Positions 39,023 to 52,042 of a DNA stretch of 64,000 nucleotides are shown one piece after another. The stretch is from Hemiscyllium ocellatum. Lineage: Eukaryota. A program made the position numbers and the translations under genes. Where the stretch lies: contig NC_083428.1 in NCBI RefSeq assembly GCF_020745735.1, positions 39,804,001-39,868,000 on the forward strand, given 5' to 3'. Each line of letters starts with the position of its first letter. Position 1 is the first letter of the stretch. Under the pieces are notes generated by a model. That model did not search any database. It had not been told where the DNA came from and was given only the letters and a program-made list of their open reading frames with translations.

Positions 39023-40244
39023 TTTTATAAACTTCACCCACAACTTCCACCTCGCCCTCAAGTTCACTTGGTCCATCTCGGACACTTCCCTCCCCTTTCT
39101 TGACCTCACCATTTCCACCTTGGGCGACAGTCTCGAGATGGGCATTTACTCCAAACTTACAGACTCTCATAACCACATGGACTACACTACCTCCACCCAG
39201 TATGCTGTAAGAACTGCATCCCATTCTCCAAATTCCTCAGTCTCTGCCAATCTGCTTGGATGAGGAGATATTCCATTTGCGAGTTTCCCAAATGTCGACC
39301 TATTTTGAACAATGCGCTTTTCCTCCCACTGTCATGCAGACAGCCCTCTGCTTCACCACCTCTGTTCTCCGTTCCAGTGTTCTAACCCCTCTCCCTCACC
39401 TTCCACCCCACCAGTCTCTGCATCCAATGAGTCATCTGTAAGCACTTCCGCTAACTCCAATGAGACCCCACCACCAAGAACATCTTCCCTTCCCCACCCC
39501 TCTGCCTTCCGCAAGGACAGTTCCTTTGCCAATCCTTGGTTTGCGCCACTTTCCCAACTGACGTCCCCTGAATCTCCGTGTACCTTCCCCCGCAACTGGA
39601 AAAGATGCAAAACTTGCCGGTACACCACCTGCCACACCTCCATCCAGGGCCTCAAACGGTCCTTCCAGGTGAGACAGAGGCTCACCTGCCTCTCTTCTAC
39701 CCTAGTTTACTGCTTCAGGTGCTCCTGATGTCATCTTCTTTACATCGGGGAGACCAAATGTAAACTTAGGGAACGCTCACTGAGCATCGCAGCTGGTTCT
39801 GGAAGGGCTGACCAGACCTCCTGGTCACTGCCCATTTCAATTCCTGCAACCACTCCTTTTCTGACATGACCATCTTTGGCCTCTTCCATTGCCAAAATGA
39901 ACTACAGCGCAAATTGGAGGAACAGCACCGCATCTTCTGCCTGGGCAGCCAACAGCCAGGAGGACTCAACATTGAGTTCTCCAATTTCAAATAGCTTCCC
40001 TCCCCATCCCTTCCACTGCATCCTGCCATCAACTAGATTCATTCTCCCCACTGACCAACCAGGTCATACCCTGTACTTGTCTTCACCTATTCCCACTTCA
40101 CTACCCTGTCCCTACGATCCCCTTTATTTGCAACTCCCCCCACACCCAGCTCCTCGTCTGGTAGGGTTACACCCGAAATGTCGACTTCTCCACCTTCTGA
40201 TGCTGCCTGGCTTGCTGTGTTTTTCCAGCCTCCTGCCTGTGGAG
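39023..40244 (+). mobile_element. Penelope-like element 3' part inserted into the SINE
   Basis: RT end (LPFLDLTIS), GIY-YIG (LVYCFRCS..LLYIGETK, EEQHRIFCLG), terminal-repeat remnant. Confidence 0.85.
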
Positions 40245-40570
40245 CTCCTTACCTGGTCTGGCCTACATGTGACTCCAGAGCCACGATAATGTGGTTGAGT
40301 CTTAACTGCCCTCTGAAATGGCCTAGCAAGCTCCTCCGTTGTATCAATCACTAGAAATTCACAACAAAGAAATGAAACTAGACAGACCACCTGGCATCAA
40401 CCTTGGAACTGGAAAATTCCCTCCCTACTGGAATTGTGTGTCAAACAACAGCAAGTGGACTGCAGCAATTCAAACAGGCAGCCCACCACTACCTTCTCAA
40501 AGGCAACTAGGGATGGGCTATTAATGCTGTCCAGCTGGCTTAGCCCAAGTCCCACAAAATGAATAAAAAA
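40245..40570 (+). mobile_element. DeuSINE/SacSINE1-like SINE, 3' half
   Basis: Resumes CCTTACCTGGTCTGGCCTACATGTGACTCCAG...; L2-type tail ending AATGAATAAAAAA. Confidence 0.75.
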
Positions 40571-41061
40571 TAAGAATGCTTTTAGCAATCACTTGATTTT
40601 CACCCTAAAATTCATGCAGACATTTGTTCTTCAATTCACTTATGGCCTGATTTCACTCCTGGTGTTCTTACCGTTCAATCTTTACCAGTCAAAACCCCAT
40701 ATCATGCTGTAAAAATTCTAACTGCTCTGGTGTCTACATGATATTTTTAACCAACCTCGTTACAAAATAGTCGTTTGTGGTTATTTTCAATTTGTGCTAC
40801 TTATTTGACCAGTGAAAACAAGGCGTTGTTATTTGACTTGTGTAGTTCTTCAGAAGTTTGAAGATTTTAATTCGGTCAACTCTTGATCTTGTACTGATGA
40901 ATTCTCAACATCTCAAGGTATCCTAAAAGTATTTCCCCTTAGCTATAGTAAAATCCCAATGTTTCAGCATCATTTAAATGATTGATATGTGGAGTAAACT
41001 GAGAGGCTGTAATCTCTGGTTTGTGAACTGGTCGGTGGGAACATCCACTCTTGTTGAATAG

Positions 41062-41211
<150 letters not shown>

Positions 41212-41663
41212 TAAGGGGTGCAGTGATGCTGAGAGCCTGTTTGTAATGATCATGGCAGCAGTGCTAATGCACATGATCACTGTTTCTGTGTGAAATGATC
41301 AAACATCAATTCTTCCGTAAGATGAAAAGTAGAAAATTGGAATAGGCTTCTCGACTGTTTTTTTAATCTCCTGACAGAGGTAGAGTTTGGGCTGGGAAGG
41401 CCATCTGTAAGAGGCTCATATTGTGGAGTGGGATAGGGTTAGTTTATCTAGAGGAAGGAGTGTTGGTGTGGGTTGTATCTCAGAAAGAGCAGTGTTGATG
41501 GCTGTATGTGGAAGAGGGGCAGCATTGGGTGGTGAATCTAGGAGGTAGTAGCATGCCAGATCAGGAGCAACTTTTTAACCTCTGTAATCTAGTCTGAATC
41601 CAAATCATTGAATTTCCGCTTTCCTAGTCAAATGAGTTTGGACTGGGGTTCTTCAAGAAGTTG

Positions 41664-41848
41664 AGAAGTGTGGTGCTGGAAAAACACAGCAGGCCAGGCA
41701 GCATCTGAGGAGCAGGAGAATCGACGCTTCAGGCATAAGCCCTTCTTCAGGATTCTCCTGCTCCTCGGATTCTGCCTGTCCTGCTGTGTTTTTCTAGCAC
41801 CACACTTCTCAACTCTGGTCTCCAGCATCTGCATTCCTCACTTTCTCC
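41664..41848 (-). mobile_element. Fold-back Penelope-like terminal repeat in rpl37 intron 3
   Basis: Exact 15-bp TSD TTCTTCAAGAAGTTG 41649-41663 / 41849-41863; inverted arms. Confidence 0.9.
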
Positions 41849-42529
41849 TTCTTCAAGAAGTTGTTTTGATTTGAGATTGATAAATATTTAGAATAAACTA
41901 AGGTCTTAAATCAGAACACATCACAGCACCTTTTTATAATTTGATTCGGGTGCTTGGCTGGGTAGTTGGGGGAAAAATGAATCTAAGGCATGCCCCAAAT
42001 CAATGATAAAAATCATCTGTTATGAATGCAGCCTGGATGTTTGGGAAACCCTCAGAAACCCCTAGAGGGTGTGTATTTTACACTTCTTCATTTCTTGTCT
42101 TTAAAATGTTGGTGTATTTGTTAGGTTTTCCTTTTTAAATTCCTTTGTTCACATAATGGAAGCAGCCTGTTAATTTAATATAAGATAATTGTTGTGTTAG
42201 TGATGGTGCTTAAGCCTTGATTTGACATTTTTCTGCCACCTAAAATGTTTACTGTACATTGAATTGGGGTCAAATGCCATCTTAAAGTAACAAGTTTTAG
42301 AGAAGGAATGTGGTGTGTTTTTATAAGTTATCACTTTTTTTTAAAAACCCTACTACTTGTCTTCTCCATGTATATTACTCCAAATTAGCACCTTTCAGAT
42401 TCTTGGAATATTCCAAAGTGCTGCATAACAATGAAGTTGAGTAGCAAAACCTGCAACAATTTGGAAAATGGTTTGCTGAAACTTTGAGGTTTCTATCAAT
42501 AGCATCAAATTTAGAGTACTATTACATAA

Positions 42530-45510
42530 ATGAAGAGGAAGGTATTCCAGAGGACTGGTGTTCTTTATAATTGAAGGAAATATTGAGTACTTGAGAAGTA
42601 ATGCCACTGTAGACAGACAAGCTACCAGGACCTGATGGCCTGCATCTAACAATTTTAAAGGAAATGGCTGTAGAGATGTTGGAGCCATTGGTTGAAATAT
42701 TCTTGAACTTGCTAATATTAGGGAGGATTCCAATATATTGGAAAACCACTGTTGCATTTGACTGCGTGGGCAAAAAACTTGGCAAGTGATGTTTAATGTA
42801 GGAAAAGGTGAGTTTTTTCACTTTAGTAGGAAGCATCTGAAAGCAGACTGATTTAGGGAGAAAAACTCCACAAAAGAGGAATTTGGATGATCCACACAAA
42901 ACACAATGTTAGCATGCATGTGCATTAAGTAGTTAACAAGGCAAGTTGAATTTTTCTGGCAGTTTAGAATTTAAAAAGCCCCTGCATTTCTTGTGCTCGG
43001 GCGATTGTGCAGGATGTTAGTGACATCACACGTGGAATACTGCATACAGTTGCATCCTCGTATTTAAGGAAGGTTGGCATTGGAGGTTGTTCAAGAGAGG
43101 TTCCTGAGATGAGAGGGTTGAACAGGTTAGCCTATTAGAATTAAACTCATTAGAATTTCAAAAAACAAGAGGTTACCTTATTGAAATATACAAGATTCTG
43201 AGGGACTTGACAGAGTCGATGTCGACAAGATGTTTTCAGTAGTGAGACAATAGGAACATTGTTACACAATAAGGAAACAATCATTTATAACTTAGATGCA
43301 AAGCAGTCTCTTCTGAGGGTAGAAAATGTCTGAAATTCTCAGCCCCAGAGTTTTGGAGGCTAGATCACTGAAAACATTCAAGGAGGAGGTAAATAGATGT
43401 TTGAAGCGTCAACAAGTTGATGGCTACGAGGAGCTGACCAGAACGAGAAATTGAGGCCTTGAGCAAATCAGCCATAATCTTGTTGAATGATGAGGCCAGC
43501 TTCAGGTGCTGAATAGCCTGCTCTTGCTCCTATTTCTTCAGTTTTGTTTTTCTTTCTCTTATTCTGTGAGACCATGACTGCTCTCCAAACTAATTGACCT
43601 TTGTCCCAAATTGCTTTATATGTCTGAAAAACAAATTTCCATTAATTTCATGTTTAAAATATAACCATCTAGTATTAGTTGCAATTTGCAGAAGAGCCCA
43701 AATGTATTGACAAGTTATGTATTTAAGTGTCCGAATTTCAGTCCTGATAGGCTTGGCTCTAATTTTAGACGGTCTTCTGATCCATATTCCCCAACATACA
43801 AACAGTTTCTCTCTACTTCCAATTGTTTCCCTGAATATCTTGATTTTGATCATATTGCATCAAATTCCAGGGAGCACTGGCTAGTGTTTGTAGTCTCCTT
43901 GTAATTTAACCTCCTAGGTACAAGTATAGTTTTGGTGAATCTGCACCGCATTGTCTCTTAAGGCCAATATATCCTTCTTAAAGTATGGTGCCCAGACTGC
44001 TCACAACCAAGGCCTTACCTAGTCAAAGTATAACTTTACTGCCTTGAATACTAGTCCTTTAGAAAGGAAAGCAGTATTTCATTACCCGTTTTATTAATAT
44101 TTATTATTTTCATGCCAGTTTAATGATTTGTGCATGGTGCCCCAAGTTTCTTTGGACCTTCAGTGTTTCTAGCTTTTCAATGTTTAGAAAGAGTTGATTC
44201 ATGCTGCCTGACCTGCTGTGTTTTTCCAGCACCACACTTTTCTACAACAATTAGAAAGAGTTCTGTTTTATCCTCATTGGATCTATATTGGATCTTTTAT
44301 TTGCCTGTATTCAATATCCATTTATCGCAGTTTTTCGCATCCATTTGATAATATATTTGTAGTTTTATGCTTCATCCACACTCCTTACAATGCTACATTT
44401 TTTATGCCATCATTAAGTTAAGGTTAGTGGCGAGCTAATTCATTATGTAATAAGTATGGTGAATGGATGAGACTCCAGCACAGATTATTGCAGGGGTGTC
44501 ATTCAACATGCAACACACAAGGGTATGGCTTGTACAATTAGTGGTAGGCCCTTGGGTAGTTATAGAGTGACACAGCATGGAAACAGATGTTTCAGTGCCA
44601 CCAGTCCATGCTGACCGTAATCTCAGACTAAACTAGTTCTACCCTGCCTGCTCCTGGCCCTTATCCCACCAAACCTTTCCTGTTCATGTACTGCCCAAAT
44701 GTCTTTTAAATGTTGTAATTGTACCCACATCCACCACTTCCTCTGGAAATTTATCCCACATGTGAGCCATCCTCTGTGTAAAAAATTTGCTTCTCATATC
44801 TTACTGCACTCTCTCCTCTCACTTTAAAAATATGCCCCCATAAAGAGCCTTAAGAGTTCAGGTGCATAATTCTTTGAAGTTTCCCTTACATGTAGACAGG
44901 GTGGCTAAAAAGGCATTTAGCATGCTTGTCTTCATCGATCCATCCTTTGAGTACAGAGTTTGGAAGTCATGTTGAGATTTTACAGGGCATTGGTAAGGCC
45001 TCTTGGAATATTGTGTGCAGTTCTGATTATATGAAGGATACTATGAAGCTTGAGGTAGTTTAGAAGAGGTTTACCAGGATATTGCCAAGTATGGAATGTT
45101 TGAATTATAAAGAAAGGCTGGATAGGCTGGAACTTATTTCACTGGAGTATAGGAAGTTGAGCAGTGACCGTATAGAATAAAATATGAGGGGTCGAGATAG
45201 AGTTAATGGTAATTGTCTTTTCCCTATGATGGGGGATTTCAAGATTAGGGGGCACAATATCTTGCTTCTCACTTTAAAAAAGACGGGGGGGGGGGGCAAA
45301 TCTTTTACAAAGGTGGTTTGTATGTTGAATAAACTTCTTAAGGAAATGATGGATGTGGGTACAATTGCAATGTTTAAAAGGCATTTAGATAAGTACATGA
45401 ATAGGAAAGGTTTGGAGGGATATGGGCCAGGAGCAGGCAGGTGGGACTAGTTTGGGATTATGGTCAGCTTGGACTGAAAGGTCTGTTTCCTTGCAGTATG
45501 ACTCTAAATT
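42530..45510. mobile_element. Cluster of CR1 fragments in both orientations (rpl37 intron 3)
   Basis: PGPDGLHL..LKEMA (42630-42680, +), minus fragment 43560-44380, CR1 tails at ~44570 and ~45500. Confidence 0.7.
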
Positions 45511-45729
45511 CTGCTAGTTATCCTTACAGTGTGTTAAAGTATAACACATGTTTCATCAATGTGAATTGGCTATGGTGCAATTGACAAAATGTGGATACTG
45601 TTTGGATAATGCAAATTTTCGACGGAATGGGGACAATGATTTTCCCATAGCGCCAGGTTGCAGAGGAACGCAACTGTTGCATTATACCAGAATGCACTGT
45701 ACTCATTTTATACAGTTAGGTGGGAAAAA

Positions 45730-45748
45730 TGGCCACCAGAGGGCTGCT
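45730..45748 (+). promoter_or_regulatory. Candidate CTCF-binding site
   Basis: TGGCCACCAGAGGGCTGCT vs core consensus TGGCCACCAGGGGGCGCTA; lies in non-repeat intronic sequence. Confidence 0.55.
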
Positions 45749-45983
45749 GGCATTCATCAGATTGTACCTAATTGGAATTGTCAGCTTTGTGAGAGAATTG
45801 GAGAGGACAAACAAAGCTGCAATTAGTCTTTGGCTATATACACAATGATTCCCATAGAAGGGTACAGCAAAAGTGAAAGAGTGAAGATTACTCTGGCGTT
45901 CCTATAGAGGCATACTCAGTTGTACTTGGTTGTTGCCACTAAACATTCCACTAGCCTAACGACTTTCCCACCTTTGTGTGCAG

Positions 45984-46053
45984 GAATGGATTCCGCGAGG
46001 GGACCACTCCGAAGCCCAGACGTTCAGCAATGGCTTCCTCCAGCACTGCATAA
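45984..46053 (+). CDS. rpl37: 60S ribosomal protein L37, exon 4 (70 nt incl. stop)
   Basis: TGTGCAG|(R)NGFREGTTPKPRRSAMASSSTA*; total CDS 294 nt = 97 aa. Confidence 0.97.
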
Positions 46054-46076
46054 ACTATCAGTGTATCTACACAACA

Positions 46077-46082
46077 AATAAA
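46077..46082 (+). terminator. rpl37: rpl37 polyadenylation signal
   Basis: AATAAA 24 nt after the stop, followed by T-rich downstream sequence. Confidence 0.8.
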
Positions 46083-46402
46083 ATTCAAATTTGCAAAGTT
46101 TTCCTGGCCTCTCTGTGCTTGATTTTTATTCTAATTCTACTCATTAGTTCAAAACGTATTTAGCCTGCACAATAACTTATACTTCAAAGGATTTGATCAC
46201 TTTTCCAAGCATTTCTCTTTTGAAAGTTACTAAGGAATTTGGACTACCTCTGTTTCAGGTAATGCATTTAGATTACAATTGAATTAAATAAAAGATCTAT
46301 CCCCTCTGGTTTATTTTGCCATTTAAAAAAAATCCTGTGTTTTCTGTCCCTTCTTGAAACATTTTGCTAACTTACAGTCTGCTGGTATACATTGAGGACA
46401 TT

Positions 46403-46597
46403 GTGGTGCTGGAAAGACACAGTTGGTCAGGCAGCATCTGAGGAGCAGGGGAGTCGACGTTTCGGGCATAAGCCCTCATCAGGAAATGCCTGAAACGGTG
46501 ACTGTCCTGTTCCTCGGATGCTGCCTGACCAGCTGGGCCTTTCCAGTGCCACCCTCTTGGACTCTGATCTCCGGCATCTGCAGTCCTCACTTTCTCC
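46403..46597 (-). mobile_element. Fold-back Penelope-like terminal repeat
   Basis: Inverted arms; 12/15 TSD 46388-46402 / 46598-46612. Confidence 0.8.
46454..46484 (-). ncRNA. Hammerhead motif with fully canonical core
   Basis: UC-CUGAUGA-GGGC-uuau-GCCC-GAAA-CG-UC-GA (no extra A); stem I only 2 bp. Confidence 0.55.
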
Positions 46598-48024
46598 TAC
46601 ATCTAGGAGATTGTGGAAAATCATGGCCAGTATAAATGTTGCCTTGATATTCTGATTGGATGGATGTTTTCGCAGCAGCACTACCATCTATCAATTTTGG
46701 CCAAATTATAATCCAGGTGTCTGCTTAATTATGGTGAAACAATGGAAATCTGTCCACATTCATGCACCACTATATCTTCCTCTTGGTTAAATCCTGTTCC
46801 TTTTCTCTGCCGAGATCCAACTCAGGATCATGAATGGCAGACTTGATTTCTTAGACGTGCATGGCAAGTGACATGATTGGGCAAGATTCTATCCATACAT
46901 TAGGGCACTTGCTGATTGTATCAATATCACAGGGAGCCCCACACTTTGTATCCAAAATAAAAATTTTGACCTGGACAGAATGAATAATCAGGCAGTGTGT
47001 TGGGTGATTGATGATGGTGAGAGTGTTTCTAGTATTTGACAATTGTCCAGTTCACCAAAAAACTCTAGGTCATTACTTGCAATGTTGTCACCATCTGGAA
47101 TGAACTTTGCTTTCCTTATTAAACAGATGTTGCAGCTCAAATTCTGTAAATTAGCCAATGCTGTGAATTAGTAAATTAAGCCTCAGATTATTTCTCCTGA
47201 ATGTTCTGTCATACACTTGCAATGTACATTTATAAGATTCTGTATTTGAAGGGGCCATGCCTCAGTTGCAGGTTTGGCCTGACATGATGAGCTTTCAGAT
47301 TTAAAACTAGATTCCTGAAGAATATTACAGATTGTACTGTTAGTTACACTATCAGTTACAGAACTAATTTTGTGACTGCTGTGTTCTCTGTGTGCACTGG
47401 AGTATAGTAATTCAAACATTGGTACCCAGTTCTGGGTCAGTGAGGGCCAAGATGCTGAAAATCATTAAATCCTTCACAATGTGATGAGGTGCGAGAAACA
47501 CAGATACTAAATCTTACGATGCGCATCAGGTGTCTTGAACGTGCCTCAAAAGTTGGATAATGGAACAGCTAAGCAGCTGTTCTTCCCTACATCTGGTCCA
47601 GCCATTCTTGTCTCGGTGTCTGATACATGTATCTCTTGTGGTTTCATTTGTGGACAACTTTTAGCTATCATCTCTTTCTCCAGTGCAAGCATGCTAAGCA
47701 CTTCAAAACCAAAGTTTCAGCTACCTCATCTGTTAAGCTTCAGTGACCAGGAACATTTATGATGCTGCTGATGGGACGGTTGGAGAAGTTCAGAAGTTAT
47801 CTCTACAACACAACAAGGGAGCAGAAAAAGAAATGAGGAAGACAGTTGTTACTGGCAATCAAAGAGATGAATGAAACTGCCAGCCAAGCATTTAGGAAGT
47901 GAGTATATGACATTTGGTCAACTCCATTGCCAAAGGTCACTACTTGAAAGATTATATTCTTAATAAGTAACCTTGATTTACTCAGGAAGTGCAGTTTCAA
48001 CGTAGTAGGTGTAATCTCCAATTT

Positions 48025-48295
48025 GCACTGCTGCCTCACAGCGCCAGAGACCCGGGTTCGATTCCTGCCTCAGGCGACTGACTGTGGAGTTTGCACATTC
48101 TCCCCGTGTCTGCGTGGGTTTCCTCCGGTTTCCTCCCACAGTCCAAAAACATGCAGGTTAGGTGAATTAGCCATGCTAAATTGCCTGTAGTGTTAGGTGT
48201 AGGGGAATGGATCTGGGTGGGTTGCGTTTCGGCGGGGCAGGTGTGGACTTGTTGGGCCGAAGGGCCTGTTTCCACACTAAGTAATCTAATCTCAA
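48025..48295 (+). mobile_element. HE1-type SINE (5'-truncated)
   Basis: GCACTGCTGCCTCACAGCGCCAGAGACCCGGGTTCGATTCC... (TAATC) tail. Confidence 0.9.
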
Positions 48296-48619
48296 TCTGT
48301 AATTTAGAATTCCACCCTAATGGACTAGCATTTCCTTCTTGGTTGATTCAAGAGATTGTGCTGCCAGCAGAATGCTTCAGACCGCAGAGAGGTTCTGGGA
48401 GGGAAAGATAGCATAAATAAGGTAGCCAGTTATGGTGAACATTTGCTGAGTGTCCCTGTTACGGTTGATTTAGCAAACTTCTGCTCCAGATGTGGCCAAG
48501 TTTCATAGGAATGTCTGGGCCTTTTGAATTGGAGCCGTTACATACAGGAGGAGGTCGTTCAGTAATTGATGTCTGTACCACAATTTAATTCCTTATTCTC
48601 AGCCATTAAACTTTAACCT

Positions 48620-50560
48620 CCTCAGTTGTCCAGCTGATGTTCTCTTGAAAGTAGTGTCAATGTTTCTACCACCCTTATAGGCAGTGATGTTCTGAGAATG
48701 AGATAGTTAACCTTTAACAACTACAGCCATATTCCTGTGTGCCAGACATGACTCCAATTAGCTGAGAGTTTTGCTGGAGCTCCTTGATGTGACACTTGGT
48801 TAAATGCAGCCCAAATGGCAAAGGTAGCCATTTTAGCTCAGCGCTTTTGTAGATGTTTGAACCAATGAAGTCAGGAGTTGAGCAACTTGGCAGAACCATT
48901 CTGTACACCAATGAGCTGGTTATTGCTATGAAAGTGCTACTTGATGGGCAGTGTTGATGACTTCTTCCATCTCTTTAGTGATGAATGAGTATACACTGAT
49001 GGATTGGAAATTGGTTGGGTTGGATTAATCCTGCATTTATGTGTATGGCAGACCGGGCAATTTTACACTTTATTGGGTAGATGCGAGTGTTTTATTTGTA
49101 ATCGACAGCTTGACGAGGGACTTGGCAAGTTCTGGAACACAAGTGTTCAGTACTATTGCTGGGGTGTTGTTGGGACCATAGCCTTTGCAGTGTCCAGTGC
49201 CTTTGATCATTTCTTGATATCATAAGAATATAAACTGAGTGAAGACTGGATTCTGTGATGCAGGGGTCTGTGGAAGAGGACAAGGTGAATCATCTATTTG
49301 CACTACTGACTGAAGATTAATGCAAATACTTCAGCCTTATTTTTTGCACTAATATGCTGGAATCTCCCATCATTGAGGGTGGGGATGTTTGTGGCGCTTC
49401 CCCCTCCTGTGAGTTATTTAATTGTCCACCACCATTCATGATTGGATGTTGCAGGACTGCAGAGTTTTGATCAGATCCATTGGTTGTAGGATTGCTTAGG
49501 CCTGCAAATCACTTGTTGCTTATGCTGTTTGGTACGCAAGTAGTTCTGTGTTGTAGCTTATCTTATTTTTAGGTATCCCTTGTGTTGATCCTTGGCATGC
49601 CATCCTGCATTCTTTATTGAATCATAGGTAATCCCGTGGCTTGATATTAACAAAATCACACAACACCAGGTTATACTCCAACAGGTTTGTTTGGAAGAGC
49701 TAGCTTTCAGAATGCTGCTCCTTCATCAGGTGAAGGTGCGGCGCTCCGAAAGCTAGTGCTTCCAAATAAGCCTTTTGGACTATAACCTGGTGTTGTCTGA
49801 TTTTTAACTTTGTCCACCCTAGCCCCATACTGGCACCTCCACTTCATGGCTTGATGGTAATGGTTAAGTGTGGGAAATACCATAGCATGTATTTTGTAAA
49901 AACAATGACTGCAGATGCTGGAATCCAGATTCTAGATTAGATTCTAGACCAGATTCCAGTACCACTCTAATCTAGAACATGGTATGTGCTTGCATATTGT
50001 GTTGAAGTACAATTCTACTGTTGTTGATGGCCCACAGTGCTTCGTGAATGTAGAGTCTTGAGTTGCTAGACCTGTTTGAAGTCTATCCCATTTAGCATGG
50101 CGGTAGTGTCACACAATACAATGAAGGGTTTCCTTAATGTGAGGATTGGACTTCACCACCCACAGTACCTTCTCCATGTTCAACGTTGAGGAATAATGAT
50201 TCATCAGCTGAGGCAATGGCGGCACATGGAAATCTGGAAGAACCTTCCTTGCCCTGCTTCACCGGATGCAATGAGCATCTCCCTCCTGAGTCCATACCAC
50301 TAGTCACCACATCTACTAGTTCTGTCTTGCTGTGGGTACAGAACATATCTGGGGTGATGATGGTACTGACTGGGCCATTGTAAGTTATGATTCCACAAAT
50401 GGACTATATCAGGCTATGGCTTGACTAGTCTGTAAGCTAGTTTTCCCAATTTTGGCACTAGCCCTCAATTTAGGAAAAAGGTAATTGGAGGAGGATCAAC
50501 AGAACCGAGTTAGTTCTTTTTACTGCAGAGGTCAGTGCCAGGTGGTTGATCCAGTCTCAT
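48620..50560 (-). mobile_element. L2/CR1-clade LINE ORF2 remnant (endonuclease/RT), interrupted
   Basis: SADESLFLNVEH...VQ-H endonuclease-like text (ORF 50134-50346), L..LDTAK..GP-like segment near 49190; inserts at 49646-49844 and ~49890-49980. Confidence 0.65.
49646..49844. mobile_element. Family-2 Penelope-like fold-back terminus
   Basis: Inverted arms around CTTCATCAGGTGAAGG; flanks CGTGGCTTGAT 49635-49645 / CATGGCTTGAT 49845-49855. Confidence 0.75.
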
Positions 50561-50879
50561 TCCATTCATGAGATTTTTTATTAATTTGATACAACTGAAT
50601 AGGTGGCTAGGCCGTTTGACATTTTTTTGGATAACGATATCAGTCACTACTCTTCAATCACTTGTACGTTCCCGCTGTCAACACAAGATTAGAAGATTAT
50701 GGCAAACCCTTCTACTATCTTCAGCTCCATTTCCTTTAACAACCTGTATGGAAAAGCACCTGGACCAGCTGATCTAAGCAATTGGAGATGTAGTCAGCCT
50801 TCCTGGTAAATTTTCACAAACATTATCCATTGCCTCATTACTGCTGATTTTACCAATATTTTGTCAGCAACCTTTCCCC

Positions 50880-51660
50880 GGGCACTCAGCTTAAACAAGT
50901 TATATCAACGACTTAGGTGAAAGGATCAAAGGTTAAAATAGTGATGACACAAAGCTAGATCAGAAAATATGTGAAGAAGTCATTACAGGGATGCAGGCCA
51001 ATATGGACTGCTCAAGTGAGTGGGCAAAACACTGGCAGAGAAAAAGCAGAATATAATTTAAATAGAGAACAATTGCAATTACAAAGAAAGGTGTCATAGT
51101 GCATGAGTCTCATGAACCTAGTGTGGAGGCACAGCAAGTGATGAAGAAAGGGATTGGGATACTATCCTATCTGACAAGAAATTGAACAGAAGAGTAAGGC
51201 ATTGCTGAGACTACATCTTGAATACTGTGTGCTGTTTTCCTCCTTATTTAAGGAAGGATGCAATTTTGTTTGAAACTATTCAGTGGAGATTTAGGTTGAG
51301 ACCTAGTTTAGTGAATTGATTTGAAGTTTATAAGATCCTGAATGGTCTCAACAAGGTGGATACGGAAAGAATATTTTATCTGTGGGTGAGTCCAGAATTA
51401 GATGCTATATCACTACGGATTGTTTTTTTAGCGTAGAGATGAGGGTAAGTTGTCTCTCAGATGTTTGCACAACTTTGGAACCCTTTCCCCCAGAAGCCAG
51501 TGGAGGTGGGGGTCATTGAATTGTTTAAGGCCAAGATAGACTTTTGTTAGGCAGGAGTATCAATGATTTTCATGACAGATATGAATGTGGAAATCAGAAC
51601 ACAAACAGTTCTCATTGAATGGTTGAGCAGGTTTGAAGAAATGAATGCCCACTCTGCTCC
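50880..51660 (+). mobile_element. Degenerate CR1 3' fragment
   Basis: DDTKL, LEYCV-FP-YLRKD-like remnants, CR1 3' UTR. Confidence 0.6.
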
Positions 51661-51831
51661 TGATTTATGTTCAATGTAAAACTAATATGAAGTATATATT
51701 AAGTACTCTAGCCATCCCCAGCTCCTCTAAGTGTACTTCTAAGGCTTCTTCCTGATATGCCCCACTTCACCTTGTACTATTTGAATATGATTACATGCTG
51801 GCAGAAGATATACAGGTATGCTTTTCTATTG

Positions 51832-52042
51832 GAGGAGAAAGTGAGGTCTGCAGATGCTGGAGATCAGAGCTGAAAATGTGTTGCTGGAAAAGCACAGCAG
51901 GTCAGGCAGCATCCAAGGAACAGGAAATTCGACGTTTCAGGCATAAGCCCTTCTGATGAAGGGCTTATGCCCGAAATGTCGAATTTCCTGTTCCTTAGAT
52001 GCTGCCTGACCTGCTGTGCTTTTCCAGCAACACATTTTCAGC
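51832..52042 (+). mobile_element. Fold-back Penelope-like terminal repeat with hammerhead core at 51951-51982 (+)
   Basis: Exact 15-bp TSD TATGCTTTTCTATTG 51817-51831 / 52043-52057; CUGAUGA-A-GGGC-uuau-GCCC-GAAAU-GUC. Confidence 0.9.

Noticed and set aside
45630-45950. Repeated TTCC(C/T)ATAG motifs and a 9-bp hairpin (45782-45818) near the end of rpl37 intron 3, possible H/ACA snoRNA
   Set aside because: No second hairpin could be built; ANANNA matches are too frequent to be informative
49004-49225. ORF with YYCWG, resembling a V-region end
   Set aside because: It is the antisense reading of a common LINE ORF2 segment, with no Cys1/Trp framework and no RSS
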